The notes below the pieces were generated by a model. That model did not search any database, had not been told where the DNA came from, and saw only the letters and a program-made list of their open reading frames with translations. A DNA stretch of 64,000 bases, from assembly GCA_965223505.1 (NCBI GenBank), contig CBDCWP010000013.1, positions 64,001 to 128,000 of the forward strand. Direction: 5' to 3'. The translations under genes and the position numbers were made by a program. Origin of the DNA: Planctomycetota bacterium. Its GTDB lineage: Bacteria; Planctomycetota; PLA2; JAEUHO01. This document shows positions 8,877 through 19,398 of the stretch, one piece after another. Numbering within the stretch: position 1 is the stretch's first letter; the number at the start of each line of letters is the position of its first letter.

Positions 8877-10649
8877 TTATCTGAGGCGTTCGAGTAAGCT
8901 GGCTAAATGCGCATCGCCGCTCGCAGGCGGCTGCCAGTCGACGTGCAGCACGGGTGCGCCGCAAGCTCGCAGGTGCGTGGCAAAAGCTTCCAGGCCGAGA
9001 TTGATCACCCGGGGGCCGTCGCGCAACAGGGCGGGAAGCTGGGATGGCGCCGGTGGCGTTGCGCTGGCAGTTAAAGCTGCGTCGGGAGGCTCGGCGTGTT
9101 GGCAGGGGACGATGGCGTCTGCAGGCGCGCCGACGATATGCGCCGCCAGGCGGACGGCCTGGGCGTTGCTGTCAGCCAGGATAAACCCGGCTGACGCCAG
9201 GGCGCGTCGCTGTTCCTCGTAACCCTGCGGGTCATCGGGCGCCCCGCAAACCGTGGCGAGACCGATGACCCGCCGCCCGCGTTGGCGCTCTTGCATGCCC
9301 CGCCAGGCGGCTGCCAGGGCTTCGCCAGGCGCCTCGTGCGACCCCCAGCCCAGCATGACATCGCACAGCACCACGGCGCTGCCGGGTTGCGCCGCTAGCT
9401 GCAGCAGGTGCTGGCGGCGAACCGCGGGATCGATCATGGGATGCGGCCGGCCGCTGGTGAATTGTTCGGCGCCGAGATCAAGCACGGCGTGAGAGGAGCC
9501 CTGATAAGAGCTATCCAGATTGGACTCGACCGGGTCCAAAACGCGCCGCAAGAGCCATAGAGCTTCCGATGCCAGCGTACCGCCGCAGTAGAGGCCATGG
9601 ATCAGGCGCTGGCCGGGCTGCAGGCCGTCTTTGGCGGCGTTTGCCGCGGCAATGAGATCGGGCGGCAGGGGTGTAGGTTCCGGGCGAGGGATCTCGTCTC
9701 TCGCCAGCGCCACCGCCGTCAGGGCGGCAGCTTCCAAGGTAGTTGCGCGATACAGACCAGGGATATCCGGCTGGGGTTGATCATCACCTATGAACGCGAG
9801 GACGCATGGTTTGTTGCTCTGAGCGGCCTCATGCGCCAAAACTCTGGCGACTTCAGGATCGGGCGGCTTGGAAATCAGCACGATGACGCGGGTGTCGGCG
9901 TCGCGCGCCAGCGCTTGCAGCGCCGCCCGCATGCTATGGCCGCCGAGATCGCGATGCAGATCGCGCCCGCCCACGCCGATGGCGTGCGACACGCCAACGC
10001 CCGCCTGCGCCAGCAGGCAACCGACTTGCTGCAGGCCCGTGCCTGAGGCGGCGATGAGGCCGACCGGTCCCCTTGGCCATTGGTTGGCGAAGCCGAGCGG
10101 CATGCCACGGATCATCGCCGTGCCGCAGTCCGGCCCCATGAGCAGCAAGCCGTATTCATGGGCCAGTTGCTTCAACTCCAGCTCGGCATCGAGATCGACG
10201 TGATCGCTGAAGAGAAACACGTGCAGACCCTGTTCCAGGGCGCGGCGCGCTTCGCGGGGAGCATACTGGCCGGGGACGGAGATGCAGGCGAGGTTGGCGT
10301 CCGGCATGCGGCGCAGCGCCGTCGCCAGCGTGCGCGGCGCTGTGTCGCCCGCCTTGTCGCGCCGCGCCTGATGCTGCAGGCACAGCTCCCGCGCCTGTTG
10401 CAAGGCCGTCTCGGCCGCCTCCGGCGCGTCGGCCTGCACGCAGATGAGCAAGTCGTTCGGCCCCGCCGCTTCGCCTGCCGGGGTGAGCAGTTCTGCATCG
10501 CGCAGCAAATCGCGGTTTTGCGGCGTCGCCATCATGACTGCCGCCTGGCGCACGTCGGGCAGCGATTCCAGAGTGCGCGACAACTGCATCAGCGCCACGG
10601 AATCCCGGTACAAACTGGGGAGAATGAGGCATTGGGTATGGGCGCTCAT
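8877..10649 (-). CDS. fdrA: FdrA acyl-CoA-synthetase-like protein
   Basis: YRDSVALM, FLFSDHV, LMGPDCGT, AASGTG, GVGGRDL, LISKPP, YCGGTL, GRPHPMID, C-terminal VDWQPPA. Confidence 0.9.
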   Translation of the reverse strand: MSAHTQCLILPSLYRDSVALMQLSRTLESLPDVRQAAVMMATPQNRDLLRDAELLTPAGEAAGPNDLLICVQADAPEAAETALQQARELCLQHQARRDKAGDTAPRTLATALRRMPDANLACISVPGQYAPREARRALEQGLHVFLFSDHVDLDAELELKQLAHEYGLLLMGPDCGTAMIRGMPLGFANQWPRGPVGLIAASGTGLQQVGCLLAQAGVGVSHAIGVGGRDLHRDLGGHSMRAALQALARDADTRVIVLISKPPDPEVARVLAHEAAQSNKPCVLAFIGDDQPQPDIPGLYRATTLEAAALTAVALARDEIPRPEPTPLPPDLIAAANAAKDGLQPGQRLIHGLYCGGTLASEALWLLRRVLDPVESNLDSSYQGSSHAVLDLGAEQFTSGRPHPMIDPAVRRQHLLQLAAQPGSAVVLCDVMLGWGSHEAPGEALAAAWRGMQERQRGRRVIGLATVCGAPDDPQGYEEQRRALASAGFILADSNAQAVRLAAHIVGAPADAIVPCQHAEPPDAALTASATPPAPSQLPALLRDGPRVINLGLEAFATHLRACGAPVLHVDWQPPASGDAHLASLLERLR

Positions 10650-10674
10650 TGAGCCCGTCGCTCCTCTGCTGGGA

Positions 10675-11394
10675 TTACTGCGGCCGGAAGCCGCCGATGA
10701 TGGCGCTGCGCCCTTCTTTCCAAAAGCATTCCACCTCCCGGAAACCGGCCTCGCGCAACCAGCGCAATTGCTCTTCCAGCGAGATGGCCTCAAGGCTATA
10801 CGATGTCTGCGCCGTGGCCAGTCCCGACGCGTCATCGCTATCGCCCCGAATCCAAGGCGCCAGTTGCGTGGCCTGATCATAGGCTTGCGCTGCCGCCGGC
10901 CCTCCGACAAATATCAAATCGTAATTGAAAAAACAGCCGCCGGGGGCTACCACCTCAAAGACCTCAGCGTAGATGCCGCGAATGCGATCGGGGTAACGCA
11001 CATTGTGGATGGCGATGCCCGACACCACGGCGTCGAAGGAGCCCGTCAGCGCCTGATTCCAGTTGGGATCGCTGAGGTCGCAGGCGACAAATGAGATGCG
11101 CTCGGCGGCCCAGGCGAGCCGTTCCTGTGCCTGGGCGAACATAGGTTCAGAAAAATCCTGGCACACCAGTTGCGCTTTCGAAAAGCGCTCCAGCACCTGG
11201 GCGCTCAGGGCGCCGTAGCCCGCGCCCAGGTCGAGCACGCGGATAGCCTCGTCGGAGGCGCGCGGAATCAGGCTCGCCACGCGCCGCAAGATGGCTCGGC
11301 GCTCCGGGTCGCGCGCCGTGGCCGAGGCAACCCAGTCTGCAACGTACTGCTGCGAATGCCAGTCGTGGTGGCCGTGTGGATCGGACGTCGCCAT
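10675..11394 (-). CDS. Class I SAM-dependent methyltransferase
   Basis: VLDLGAGYG motif I, FDAVVSGIAIH, QLRWLREAGF. Confidence 0.9.
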   Translation of the reverse strand: MATSDPHGHHDWHSQQYVADWVASATARDPERRAILRRVASLIPRASDEAIRVLDLGAGYGALSAQVLERFSKAQLVCQDFSEPMFAQAQERLAWAAERISFVACDLSDPNWNQALTGSFDAVVSGIAIHNVRYPDRIRGIYAEVFEVVAPGGCFFNYDLIFVGGPAAAQAYDQATQLAPWIRGDSDDASGLATAQTSYSLEAISLEEQLRWLREAGFREVECFWKEGRSAIIGGFRPQ

Positions 11395-11417
11395 GGTGTC
11401 GTCTCCCATTTTGAACA

Positions 11418-12638
11418 CTAATACATGTCCCAGTAATGCACGGCGTAGACCTGTTCGCACTGCGTGCGCAGGGCCGCGTCATGCGCGTACGCTTCCTCAA
11501 AGCGATTGACCTTGAACGCCTCTGCGGGAATCGTTGCCTCACCGCCGACGATATCGGCGGCGATGCGCCCGAGAGCGGGCGAGGACCAAATGCCGCCGAC
11601 CTGGCAGCCCGCCACGATGACCAGCCCCTGCACTTCGTCCACCTCAGAGACCATATACTGGCCATCCGGCGTCATGGTCGGCAGGCCCCGCCGCTCTTGA
11701 ATGACCCCAGCTTGCCGCAGCGCCGGGAGGTGCTCAGCGGCCGCATCGCTCAATTGCTGGTAGTAGATCTGATCCGCTTCTAAGTCAGGAATCTCAAATC
11801 GTTGCGGGAACCCATCCATATCAAAGCTCAGGGGGCGATAGCCGTAGCCGCCCACCAGCAGCCCGCCGGCTTCAGGCCGGGCGTAGACTTGCGTGTCAAC
11901 GATGCGCGCCACCGGCTGGCGCTCGTTTACCCCGGCTATCGGGGCGGTGACAAAAGCCTGATGCCGCACGGGAACGGCGCGCATGTTGAGGCCGAGTTGC
12001 CGGCTGAATTGCCGCGTCCAGGCCCCAGCCGCCAGCACCACCCAGCGGGTGCGGATGTCGCCGGCCTCGGTGCGCACAGTTTGCACCGCCCCAGCGGCGG
12101 TCTCAATACCAGTCACAGCTGTGCGCGTATAGATGGCGACGCCGCGGTCGCGCGCCCCGGCGGCATAGGCGGCGGCCACCGAGCGCGGCTCCACAAAGCC
12201 ATCGCGCGGCGCCAGGAGAATGCCTTTGGCGCCGGAGACGTCCAGCCAGGGCGCGAGACCCTGGGCTTCCTGCGGCGTCAGCAATGCCGCCCGGTCGCCA
12301 ATGGATTTCGCCATGTCGATGCGGGCGTGCAGACCCACGACATGTTGCTCGCTCATGGCGATGCGCAAGCTGCCGTTTTGGTGGAAGGGAATGGCGTAGC
12401 CGGTCTTGTCCTCAAAGCGCTCAAAAAAATCGAGGCAGTAGCTGGTAAAGGGCAAGAGGCGCTCGTTCGATGGCAGGTACGACGTCTGCCCGGCGGCGAA
12501 CGGCGTCGTGCCCCCGGCGATGGGCCCGCGATCGACTAGAACGATGCGCTCGTGTCCCGCGGCTGCCAGGTGAAACGCCGTGCTGGCGCCGAGCGCGCCG
12601 CCGCCAATCACAACGATATTCGCTTCGCGTGGGACCAT
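11418..12638 (-). CDS. FAD-dependent oxidoreductase, DAO / sarcosine-dimethylglycine oxidase family
   Basis: VVIGGGALG, VVLAAGAW, PTMTPDG; start MVPREANIVV after AAGGAG. Confidence 0.9.
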   Translation of the reverse strand: MVPREANIVVIGGGALGASTAFHLAAAGHERIVLVDRGPIAGGTTPFAAGQTSYLPSNERLLPFTSYCLDFFERFEDKTGYAIPFHQNGSLRIAMSEQHVVGLHARIDMAKSIGDRAALLTPQEAQGLAPWLDVSGAKGILLAPRDGFVEPRSVAAAYAAGARDRGVAIYTRTAVTGIETAAGAVQTVRTEAGDIRTRWVVLAAGAWTRQFSRQLGLNMRAVPVRHQAFVTAPIAGVNERQPVARIVDTQVYARPEAGGLLVGGYGYRPLSFDMDGFPQRFEIPDLEADQIYYQQLSDAAAEHLPALRQAGVIQERRGLPTMTPDGQYMVSEVDEVQGLVIVAGCQVGGIWSSPALGRIAADIVGGEATIPAEAFKVNRFEEAYAHDAALRTQCEQVYAVHYWDMY

Positions 12639-12815
12639 TTCGCTCTCCTTGTTTTTCGCATTGAGCCTCTCGACATCGCAGTGCGCGCCAATGGCGGCGC
12701 ATTGTAGCATGCTCCCCCAACGCGGCGCCAGTTGCCGAATTTCCTTTGGTGTCGCCAGGGTCAAAACATGCTATGGTGTCGTCCCGGAACCCTTCATATA
12801 GAGAGGAGAGGCGAT

Positions 12816-13268
12816 ATGGCAAGCGATCACGAACGCATGATGCGCATCGCGCTGGAAGAAGCGGCAATCGGCGGGGCGGAAGGCAATTCTGCGGTTGGCT
12901 CGATTATTGTCGACGGGGATCAAGTGGTAGCGCGCGGCCGCAATTTGGTGACCTCCAACTCGGACCCCACCGCACATGCGGAAACCGTGGCGCTGCGTAA
13001 CGCGGGCGCCGCCCTCAAGCGCACGGATTTTTCCGGCATGACTCTGTACACGACGTTCGAGCCGTGTCCGATGTGCTGCGGCGCTATTCTCGCTAGCGGC
13101 ATCGCCACGCTGGTGATGGGGGCGCGGCACGACCCGGCGCAGAGTCGCTGGGGCGGATACACGGTGGAGAGTTTGATCGCGCTGACCAACAGCGCTGATC
13201 AACTTACGGTGGTGACGGGGATATTGACGCAGGAGTGCGCTGACGTACGCAACGTCGAGTCAGCTTGA
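12816..13268 (+). CDS. Nucleoside/nucleobase deaminase (cytidine-deaminase fold, TadA/guanine-deaminase-like)
   Basis: TAHAE and EPCPMC zinc motifs. Confidence 0.92.
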   Translation: MASDHERMMRIALEEAAIGGAEGNSAVGSIIVDGDQVVARGRNLVTSNSDPTAHAETVALRNAGAALKRTDFSGMTLYTTFEPCPMCCGAILASGIATLVMGARHDPAQSRWGGYTVESLIALTNSADQLTVVTGILTQECADVRNVESA

Positions 13269-13293
13269 ACCTGAGCCAGCAAGGAGCAGCCCC

Positions 13294-14914
13294 ATGGACC
13301 TGATTGTCACCCCACGCCCGCATTCACACCCTAGACGCGGCCGACACCGTGGCCGAAGCCATCGCTATTCGCGATGAACAGATCGTCGCCATCGGCTCCA
13401 ATGACGATATTCTCGCGCTCAAAACCCCCAAGACTCAGCATCTGCGCGCCCAGGGCCTCACAGCGCTGCCCGGCTTTATCGAGCCGCACAACCACATGGT
13501 CGGCTTCGGCACGGCGCTGCTCGGCGTCGAGGTGCGCACCCCGCCCAACCGCAACATCGGCGACATCATCGAGCGCCTGCGCCTGCGCGCCGCGCAAACG
13601 CCGCCGGGCCAGTGGATTCTCGGGCGCGGCTACGACGACACGGCCATCAGCGACATGCGCCACCCCACGCGCGCCGATCTCGATGCGGCCTCGACCGATC
13701 ACCCCATCGTTATCTGGCACAACTCCGGGCACTTGCTGGCGGCCAACAGCTCGGCGCTGGAATTCGCAGGTATCCGGGCCGAAACGCCCGACCCCGCAGG
13801 CGGCCGCATCGGCCGACAACCCGGCAGCGCCGAGCCCGACGGCATCCTCTATGAAATGCCGGCCATGGGCATGGTGACCGGACAGATTCCCGCCTACGAT
13901 GACGCCGACGTGCAGCGCGGCTTCTTGCAAGCGCAGGCAGAGTATTTGCGCCAGGGCGTCACCTCGATTCACGACGCCCTGGTGGGCAACATGCGCGGCG
14001 TCAATATTCTGCGCGCCTATCAGCAGTTGCGCCGCGCCGGCGACTTGAAGCTGCGCGTTAACATGTTCCTGCAATACGATTTCTTACGCGATATGGAGTT
14101 CGCCCTGCAAAACGGCTTCGGCGACGACTGGCTGCGCGTCGCGGGCTGCAAAATCATCGCCGACGGCTCGATTCAGGGCATTACCGCGGCCTTGCGCGAG
14201 CCGTATTACTGCCACGACGACGAACAGGGCTGGCTCATCTACGAGCAGGACGAACTCAACGACATGGTGCTGAACCTGCACCGGCACGGCTACCAGATCG
14301 CCACGCACGCCAATGGCGACGCCGCGATTGATGCGGTGCTGGCCGCCTACGGCAACGCCCTGCGCGAGCTGCCAAAAGCGGATCACCGCTTTCGCATCGA
14401 GCACTGCCAGGTCTGCCATCCCGAGCACATCGCCAAAATCTATGAACTCGGCGTCATCCCCAACTTTTTCGCCAACCACGTGTACTACTGGGGCGACCGC
14501 CACCGCGACTTATTTCTAGGGCCGGAGCGCGTGAAATTCCTCGACCCCGTGGGCTCGGCGCTGTACGCCGGCATCCGGCCCATCCTGCACTCCGATTGCC
14601 CGGTGACGCCGGTGAGCCCGCTGTTTTGCATGCAGAGCGCCGCGGCGCGCCTGACCAGCTCCGGCCAAGTGCTGAACGCCCCCGAGCGCATCGTGGTGCG
14701 AGAGGCGATGCGAACGATGACGGCGAACGCGGCGCGCGCCGCCTTTGAAGAGCGCAAGAAGGGGACGCTGGAAGTGGACAAACTGGGCGACCTCGTGGTG
14801 CTCGCGCAAGATCCGTTTCGCGAAGCGCCCGAGGTGTTGGGGCAGATCGAAGTCGCCGCCACCGTGGTGGGCGGTCAGGTAATGCACCAGACCGACGCTG
14901 TGGGCGTGGATTAA
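13294..14914 (+). CDS. Amidohydrolase, YtcJ/Amidohydro_3 family (apparent +1 frameshift near start)
   Basis: AAGGAG then ATG 13294 MDLIVT; removing one C from CCCC 13310-13313 joins HARIHTLD...; PGFIEPHNH, KIIADGS, HANGD, RIEH, HSDCPV. Confidence 0.9.
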
Positions 14915-14928
14915 GTAAATTAAGTCCC

Positions 14929-15316
14929 TTAGCCCATCGGGTCTAGATCAGGCAGCCCCAGGACGATTTTCGCTTGGTGCTCATAGGCGATGTCGCTCAC
15001 CATCAGGTGCTGCGCCGCCGCGGCCCAGGCTCGCTGAGCCGATGAGCAGGCGCCAGCCGGCCGAGGTGTCGATGCGCGTCACAGCTTCAAAGACGTCGAG
15101 TTGGGTAATGAGGTCGGCCTCGGCGCCGCCCAGTTCCGCTGGCAGTTTGAGGAACAGGAGCCCCGAGTCGTAGAGGGCGTCAACGGTGCGCTTGGGCAGC
15201 GTGCCGAGCTGCTCAGCTTCAGCGGCGCCGGCGATCAGAGTGTCGCGCACGGCGTCGACTGCGTCGAACAGGACTTTTCGCTTCGCCTCGCGCTGGGTTG
15301 GAAACGCGGAGATCAT
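14929..15316 (-). pseudogene. Acyl-CoA-dehydrogenase-fold flavin monooxygenase (HsaA-like) with large internal deletion
   Basis: N-terminal ~98 aa (LKLPAELGGAEAD...IDTSAGW) joined out of frame at ~15023 to a C-terminal AAAQHLMVSDIAYEHQAKIVLGLPDLDPMG*. Confidence 0.8.
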
Positions 15317-15518
15317 GTCGATTCCTCTCTGGGCTTGGCTCAAGTCAGTACACTCCGAACTTCACGTGCCCCTTGGTTCAGTTGTTGAAAACGCATCGGT
15401 ACAGGACATTTGCCTCGGATTTAGGGGCAAATGTCGATGTGTAAGCATGAAGGATAACTCTCAGCCTTCCTCCCGTGGCTGAACTGCTACAGGATAATGG
15501 GGAAGGGCAAGACTCCCA

Positions 15519-17843
15519 TCATCGCACGGCCTTCATTCCTTCCCACAGCCGCTGCGGGCTCAGCGGCAAGCGCGTCACCTCCACCCCCAACGGCCGCAGC
15601 GCATCGGCCACGGCGCTCGGCACAGCCGCGTAAGCGCCCACCGTACCGGCCTCACCCACGCCTTTGACGCCATTAAACGTAAACGGCGAGGGCGTCTCCA
15701 TGTGCTCGATCTTCATGGCCGGGATATCCGTGGCGTAGGGGACCAAATAATCCATGAGCGACGCGGTCAGCAACTGCCCGCCATCGTCGTAGATCAGCTC
15801 CTCAAAAATAGCGTTGCCCATACCCTGCGCCACCGCGCCCTGCACCTGCCCCTCCACCACGTCGTGATCCAGGATGGTCCCGCAATCCTCAACGATGTAA
15901 TACTGCTCGATCCGCGCCGCGCCGGTGTCGGGATCGACGCGCGCCACGGCGATGTGCGCGCCGTGGCCGAACACCTGATGCGGCGGATCAAAGGTGCGGG
16001 TGAATTCCAAGCCGGGATCAATGCCCTCGGGCAGCACGATCTCTGGGGAGCGGTTGTAGGCCACATCGACCACTTGACTCAGGGGAACCTGGCGCTCCGG
16101 GTTGTGTTTCACCCGCACCGCGCCAGCCGACAATTCCAGCTCCGCGTCGGTGTCCAAAATAAAGCGGGCGAGCTGAAAGAGTTTTTCCTTTAAATCCTGT
16201 AGGGCCAAATGCAGCGCGCCGCCGGTGCTCACCGCCGAGCGGCTCACCGTGGAGCCCGAGCCGTACGGCGTCATGGCGGTATCGCCTTGCAGGACGCGGA
16301 CGCGCTCGGCCGTGATGCCGAGTTCGGCTGCAGCCAGGTTGGCGAACACGCGCTCGTGGCCCTGGCCCGAGGAGCAGGCGCTCACTTTGACGTCGACGTT
16401 GCCGCGCGCGTCCATGCGCACCGTGGCCGCGTCAAAAGCGGGCATGCCCATGGCGCCGCGCTTGCGGTAATCCGGGGAGCCGGTGCTGGTGTGCTCGACA
16501 AAGCAGACCACGCCGATGCCGACGTACTCCCCCCTGGCGCGCGCCTCGGCCTGCATGCGGCGCAGGCCGTCGTAATCGGCCAGGCGCAAGACGCGCTCCA
16601 GGGCCTCCGGGTAATTGCCGCTGTCGTAGAGGCGGCCGGCCGGCGTGGCGTAGGGAAATTCGTGCGGCTGAATGAGGTTGCGGCGGCGCGCCTCGGCCGG
16701 GTCGAGGCCGAGACGCGCCGCGACCGTGTCCATGAGGCGCTCGATGACGAAAATGCCCTGCACCGTGCCCACGCCGCGGTATGGGCCCTGCGGGCATTTG
16801 TTGGTGAGCAGGCCATAGGACTCGCAGTCGAAATGCGCGATGCGGTACGGCCCGATCAGCGACTGCCCGGTGGTCATGGGCTCCAGTCCGGCGCCGATGG
16901 GGCCGAGGGCGTGCGCGCCTTGATCGACCAGGACTTTGGCGCGGAGGGCAGTGACGACGCCGTCGTGATTCGCCGCCGCCTTCACCTGCACTTGCTGCTC
17001 GTGCGCGTGGGCGCAGGCCAGAAGATGTTCGCGGCGGTCTTCCACCCACTTGATGGGGCATTGCAGTTGCCGCGCCAAAAACGCCAGCGCAATGGCCTCG
17101 GGATAGCCGCTGCCTTTGATGCCGAAGCTGCCGCCGATGTCGGGCGCGATGACGCGCACATCGCCTTCCGGCACGCCGAGGACGCCAGCGAAAACGGTGC
17201 GCGCCGGATGCGGCGTTTGCGTGGAGGACCAGATGGTGAAGCGGTTCCAGGCGGGTTCGTAGGCGGCGATGACGCCGCGTGTTTCAATGGGAACCGCCGT
17301 CTGTCTGGGAAAATAAAACGTCTGGTCGAGAACGATATCGGCGTCAGCCAGGGCTCGGTCGACGTCGCCCTCGCCAAAGCGCCGATAGAAGAGAATGTTA
17401 TCCGGCAGATCGGGCCGCAAGCGCGGCGCATCCGGGGCCAGACTTTGCGCCACGTCCAGCACCGCCGGCAGGGGCTCGTAGTCGACCTGAATGGCGTCGA
17501 GCATGTCCTCTGCGATATAGCGGTTTTCCGCCACCACCACGGCGACCGGTTCGCCGCTGAACGTCGCGATGTCTTTGGGCAACGGATAGCGGTTGTAACC
17601 GCGCGTAAACGTGCTCACCGCCGGCTCGCCGGGCCGCACGGCGTTGACGTGGGGCGTGAGATCATCGGGGGTGAGCACGGCGATGGCGCCGTCGAGGCGG
17701 AGGGCCGCATCGGCGTTGATGCGGACGATCCTGGCGTGGGCGTGCGGGCTGCGCACGAACGCGGCATGGCGCATGCCCGGCAGTTTGACGTCGTCTAAAA
17801 ACTGGCCCTGGCCGCGCGTCAGGCGCTCTGCGGGTGCCGCCAT
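15519..17843 (-). CDS. Xanthine dehydrogenase family molybdopterin-binding large subunit (CoxL-like)
   Basis: VRSPHAHARI, DIGGSFGIK, PYRGVG, GQGH, GQVQGAVAQG, KGVGEAG. Confidence 0.93.
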   Translation of the reverse strand: MAAPAERLTRGQGQFLDDVKLPGMRHAAFVRSPHAHARIVRINADAALRLDGAIAVLTPDDLTPHVNAVRPGEPAVSTFTRGYNRYPLPKDIATFSGEPVAVVVAENRYIAEDMLDAIQVDYEPLPAVLDVAQSLAPDAPRLRPDLPDNILFYRRFGEGDVDRALADADIVLDQTFYFPRQTAVPIETRGVIAAYEPAWNRFTIWSSTQTPHPARTVFAGVLGVPEGDVRVIAPDIGGSFGIKGSGYPEAIALAFLARQLQCPIKWVEDRREHLLACAHAHEQQVQVKAAANHDGVVTALRAKVLVDQGAHALGPIGAGLEPMTTGQSLIGPYRIAHFDCESYGLLTNKCPQGPYRGVGTVQGIFVIERLMDTVAARLGLDPAEARRRNLIQPHEFPYATPAGRLYDSGNYPEALERVLRLADYDGLRRMQAEARARGEYVGIGVVCFVEHTSTGSPDYRKRGAMGMPAFDAATVRMDARGNVDVKVSACSSGQGHERVFANLAAAELGITAERVRVLQGDTAMTPYGSGSTVSRSAVSTGGALHLALQDLKEKLFQLARFILDTDAELELSAGAVRVKHNPERQVPLSQVVDVAYNRSPEIVLPEGIDPGLEFTRTFDPPHQVFGHGAHIAVARVDPDTGAARIEQYYIVEDCGTILDHDVVEGQVQGAVAQGMGNAIFEELIYDDGGQLLTASLMDYLVPYATDIPAMKIEHMETPSPFTFNGVKGVGEAGTVGAYAAVPSAVADALRPLGVEVTRLPLSPQRLWEGMKAVR

Positions 17844-17871
17844 GATCGACTGGCCCTCCGTAAGATATGGC

Positions 17872-18291
17872 TTATTTGCCCTCAGGCGGATCGCAGGGCA
17901 CGGTGCCCATGTCCGCTGGCACGGAGACTTCGAGAATTTCCACGTCGTCCGAGGTGGCGATTTCGTTGTGGCGCATGCCGCCGGGAATAAACAGGGACTC
18001 GCCGGCCTTCATGTGAATGGTCTCGCCGGTTTCAAACTCCAGGTCGACCCAGCCCCTGAGGGCGTAGACGAATTGGCCTTCACAAACGTGGTAGTGCCAG
18101 CCCGTGGGCTCGGTCATGCCGGTGATAGCCGACATCACCTGGGCGCGCATCTGGCCGTTGGTGGCGTCGGTGACGCCGAGATCGCGGTATTTGAAAAACT
18201 CGCGCCGACCTGGCACATAGGGCGAGTTTTCCTCGGTGGCGTGACGCAGTTTCGCGGCCGACTTTTCCGCCGTGTTGACACTTGTTGCCAT
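17872..18291 (-). CDS. Cupin domain protein
   Basis: TGWHYH...IPGGMRHNE cupin motifs. Confidence 0.9.
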   Translation of the reverse strand: MATSVNTAEKSAAKLRHATEENSPYVPGRREFFKYRDLGVTDATNGQMRAQVMSAITGMTEPTGWHYHVCEGQFVYALRGWVDLEFETGETIHMKAGESLFIPGGMRHNEIATSDDVEILEVSVPADMGTVPCDPPEGK

Positions 18292-18453
18292 GCTGACGCT
18301 CCTTCGCGTTCGGGGTGGGTCATCTTCACTTCATGCAGGCATTATCAACGGATTTTAGGGCTTTGTCCAGTCCTCGTTGTCGCCTCGCCGCGCCTGCGTT
18401 AGACTTTGGAGGCGACGCGCCGTCTCGACAGCAAAATAGGAAGGTAGGCAAGG

Positions 18454-19332
18454 ATGACCCAGGCAGGCAGTTTTAGGCGATCTTTCAGCCATGATCCAAC
18501 GCTGCTGCAGCGGCTTTTCGATCTCATTGACACCTCGTTTCCCTGGCTACGCCAGGCCGCCACGAGCGACCCCGGCCTGGGGCCGTCCTGGGAGGAACAA
18601 TCGACGCCGTTTATCCGCTTTGACGGCGACTTGGCCGTCACGCATGTGGGCTTGATGGAAATGCCGTTCGTCCTCATGGGACGCGAGGTCATGGTCGGCG
18701 CCATTCACGCCGTCTGCACGCGGCCTGACTACCGTCGGCGCGGCTATATGCGCCAGGTGATGCATGAGGTTCTCGCCTACTGCGATCGCCGCTATGAGAC
18801 TGTGATTCTGTTCACGGCGCAGCCCGAGTTGTACGAACCCTTTGGCTTTCGGACGCTCGGCGAGCATGTGTTTCACGCCCCGTGGTACGGCGCGCCCGGC
18901 GGCGATGGCTTCCGTTCGCTCAATCTGCGCGAGGCGTCTGATGTGCATCTGACGGAACGGCTCTTGGCGAATCGCGAGCCCGTGTCCAACCGGGTCGGGG
19001 TGGTGCGCGAGATCGGCATCTTCGGCTTCAACGAAGGCAGGCGGCCGCTGCGCTACGCCGAGGATTTACAGGTAATCGTGTGTTTGGAGGTCGATGGCTC
19101 GCACCTCAAATTGTTCGACGTCGTTGGCCCGCGGCTCTGCACGCTGAGCGATATCATCGAGCGCTTGCCGCAGCGCATTGACGCCATCGAGTCCTACTTT
19201 AGCCCGGATCGCTTCGACATCGCGGCCCACGCCACGCCGCACCTCGTCGACGGCGACTCCAATCTCATGGCGCGCGGCGCCTTTGCCCCTGAAGGGCTGC
19301 CGTTTATGATCCCGCGTTCGGCGCGTTGCTAA
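18454..19332 (+). CDS. GNAT family N-acetyltransferase
   Basis: HAVCTRPDYRRRGY acetyl-CoA motif A, LYEPFGF. Confidence 0.88.
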   Translation: MTQAGSFRRSFSHDPTLLQRLFDLIDTSFPWLRQAATSDPGLGPSWEEQSTPFIRFDGDLAVTHVGLMEMPFVLMGREVMVGAIHAVCTRPDYRRRGYMRQVMHEVLAYCDRRYETVILFTAQPELYEPFGFRTLGEHVFHAPWYGAPGGDGFRSLNLREASDVHLTERLLANREPVSNRVGVVREIGIFGFNEGRRPLRYAEDLQVIVCLEVDGSHLKLFDVVGPRLCTLSDIIERLPQRIDAIESYFSPDRFDIAAHATPHLVDGDSNLMARGAFAPEGLPFMIPRSARC

Positions 19333-19398
19333 GATCGCGCGGCGCGCGTATGATATAACAGACACACCAGCTCAAGAGACGGCGGGAGGAGATCGTCG

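Noticed and set aside
12816..13268. Calling the deaminase tadA or a defence deaminase
   Set aside because: Only the generic HAE/PCxxC motifs are visible and the context is catabolic
16209..17798. 529-aa plus-strand ORF (likewise 50549-52159 minus, 536 aa)
   Set aside because: Antisense shadows of well-supported genes
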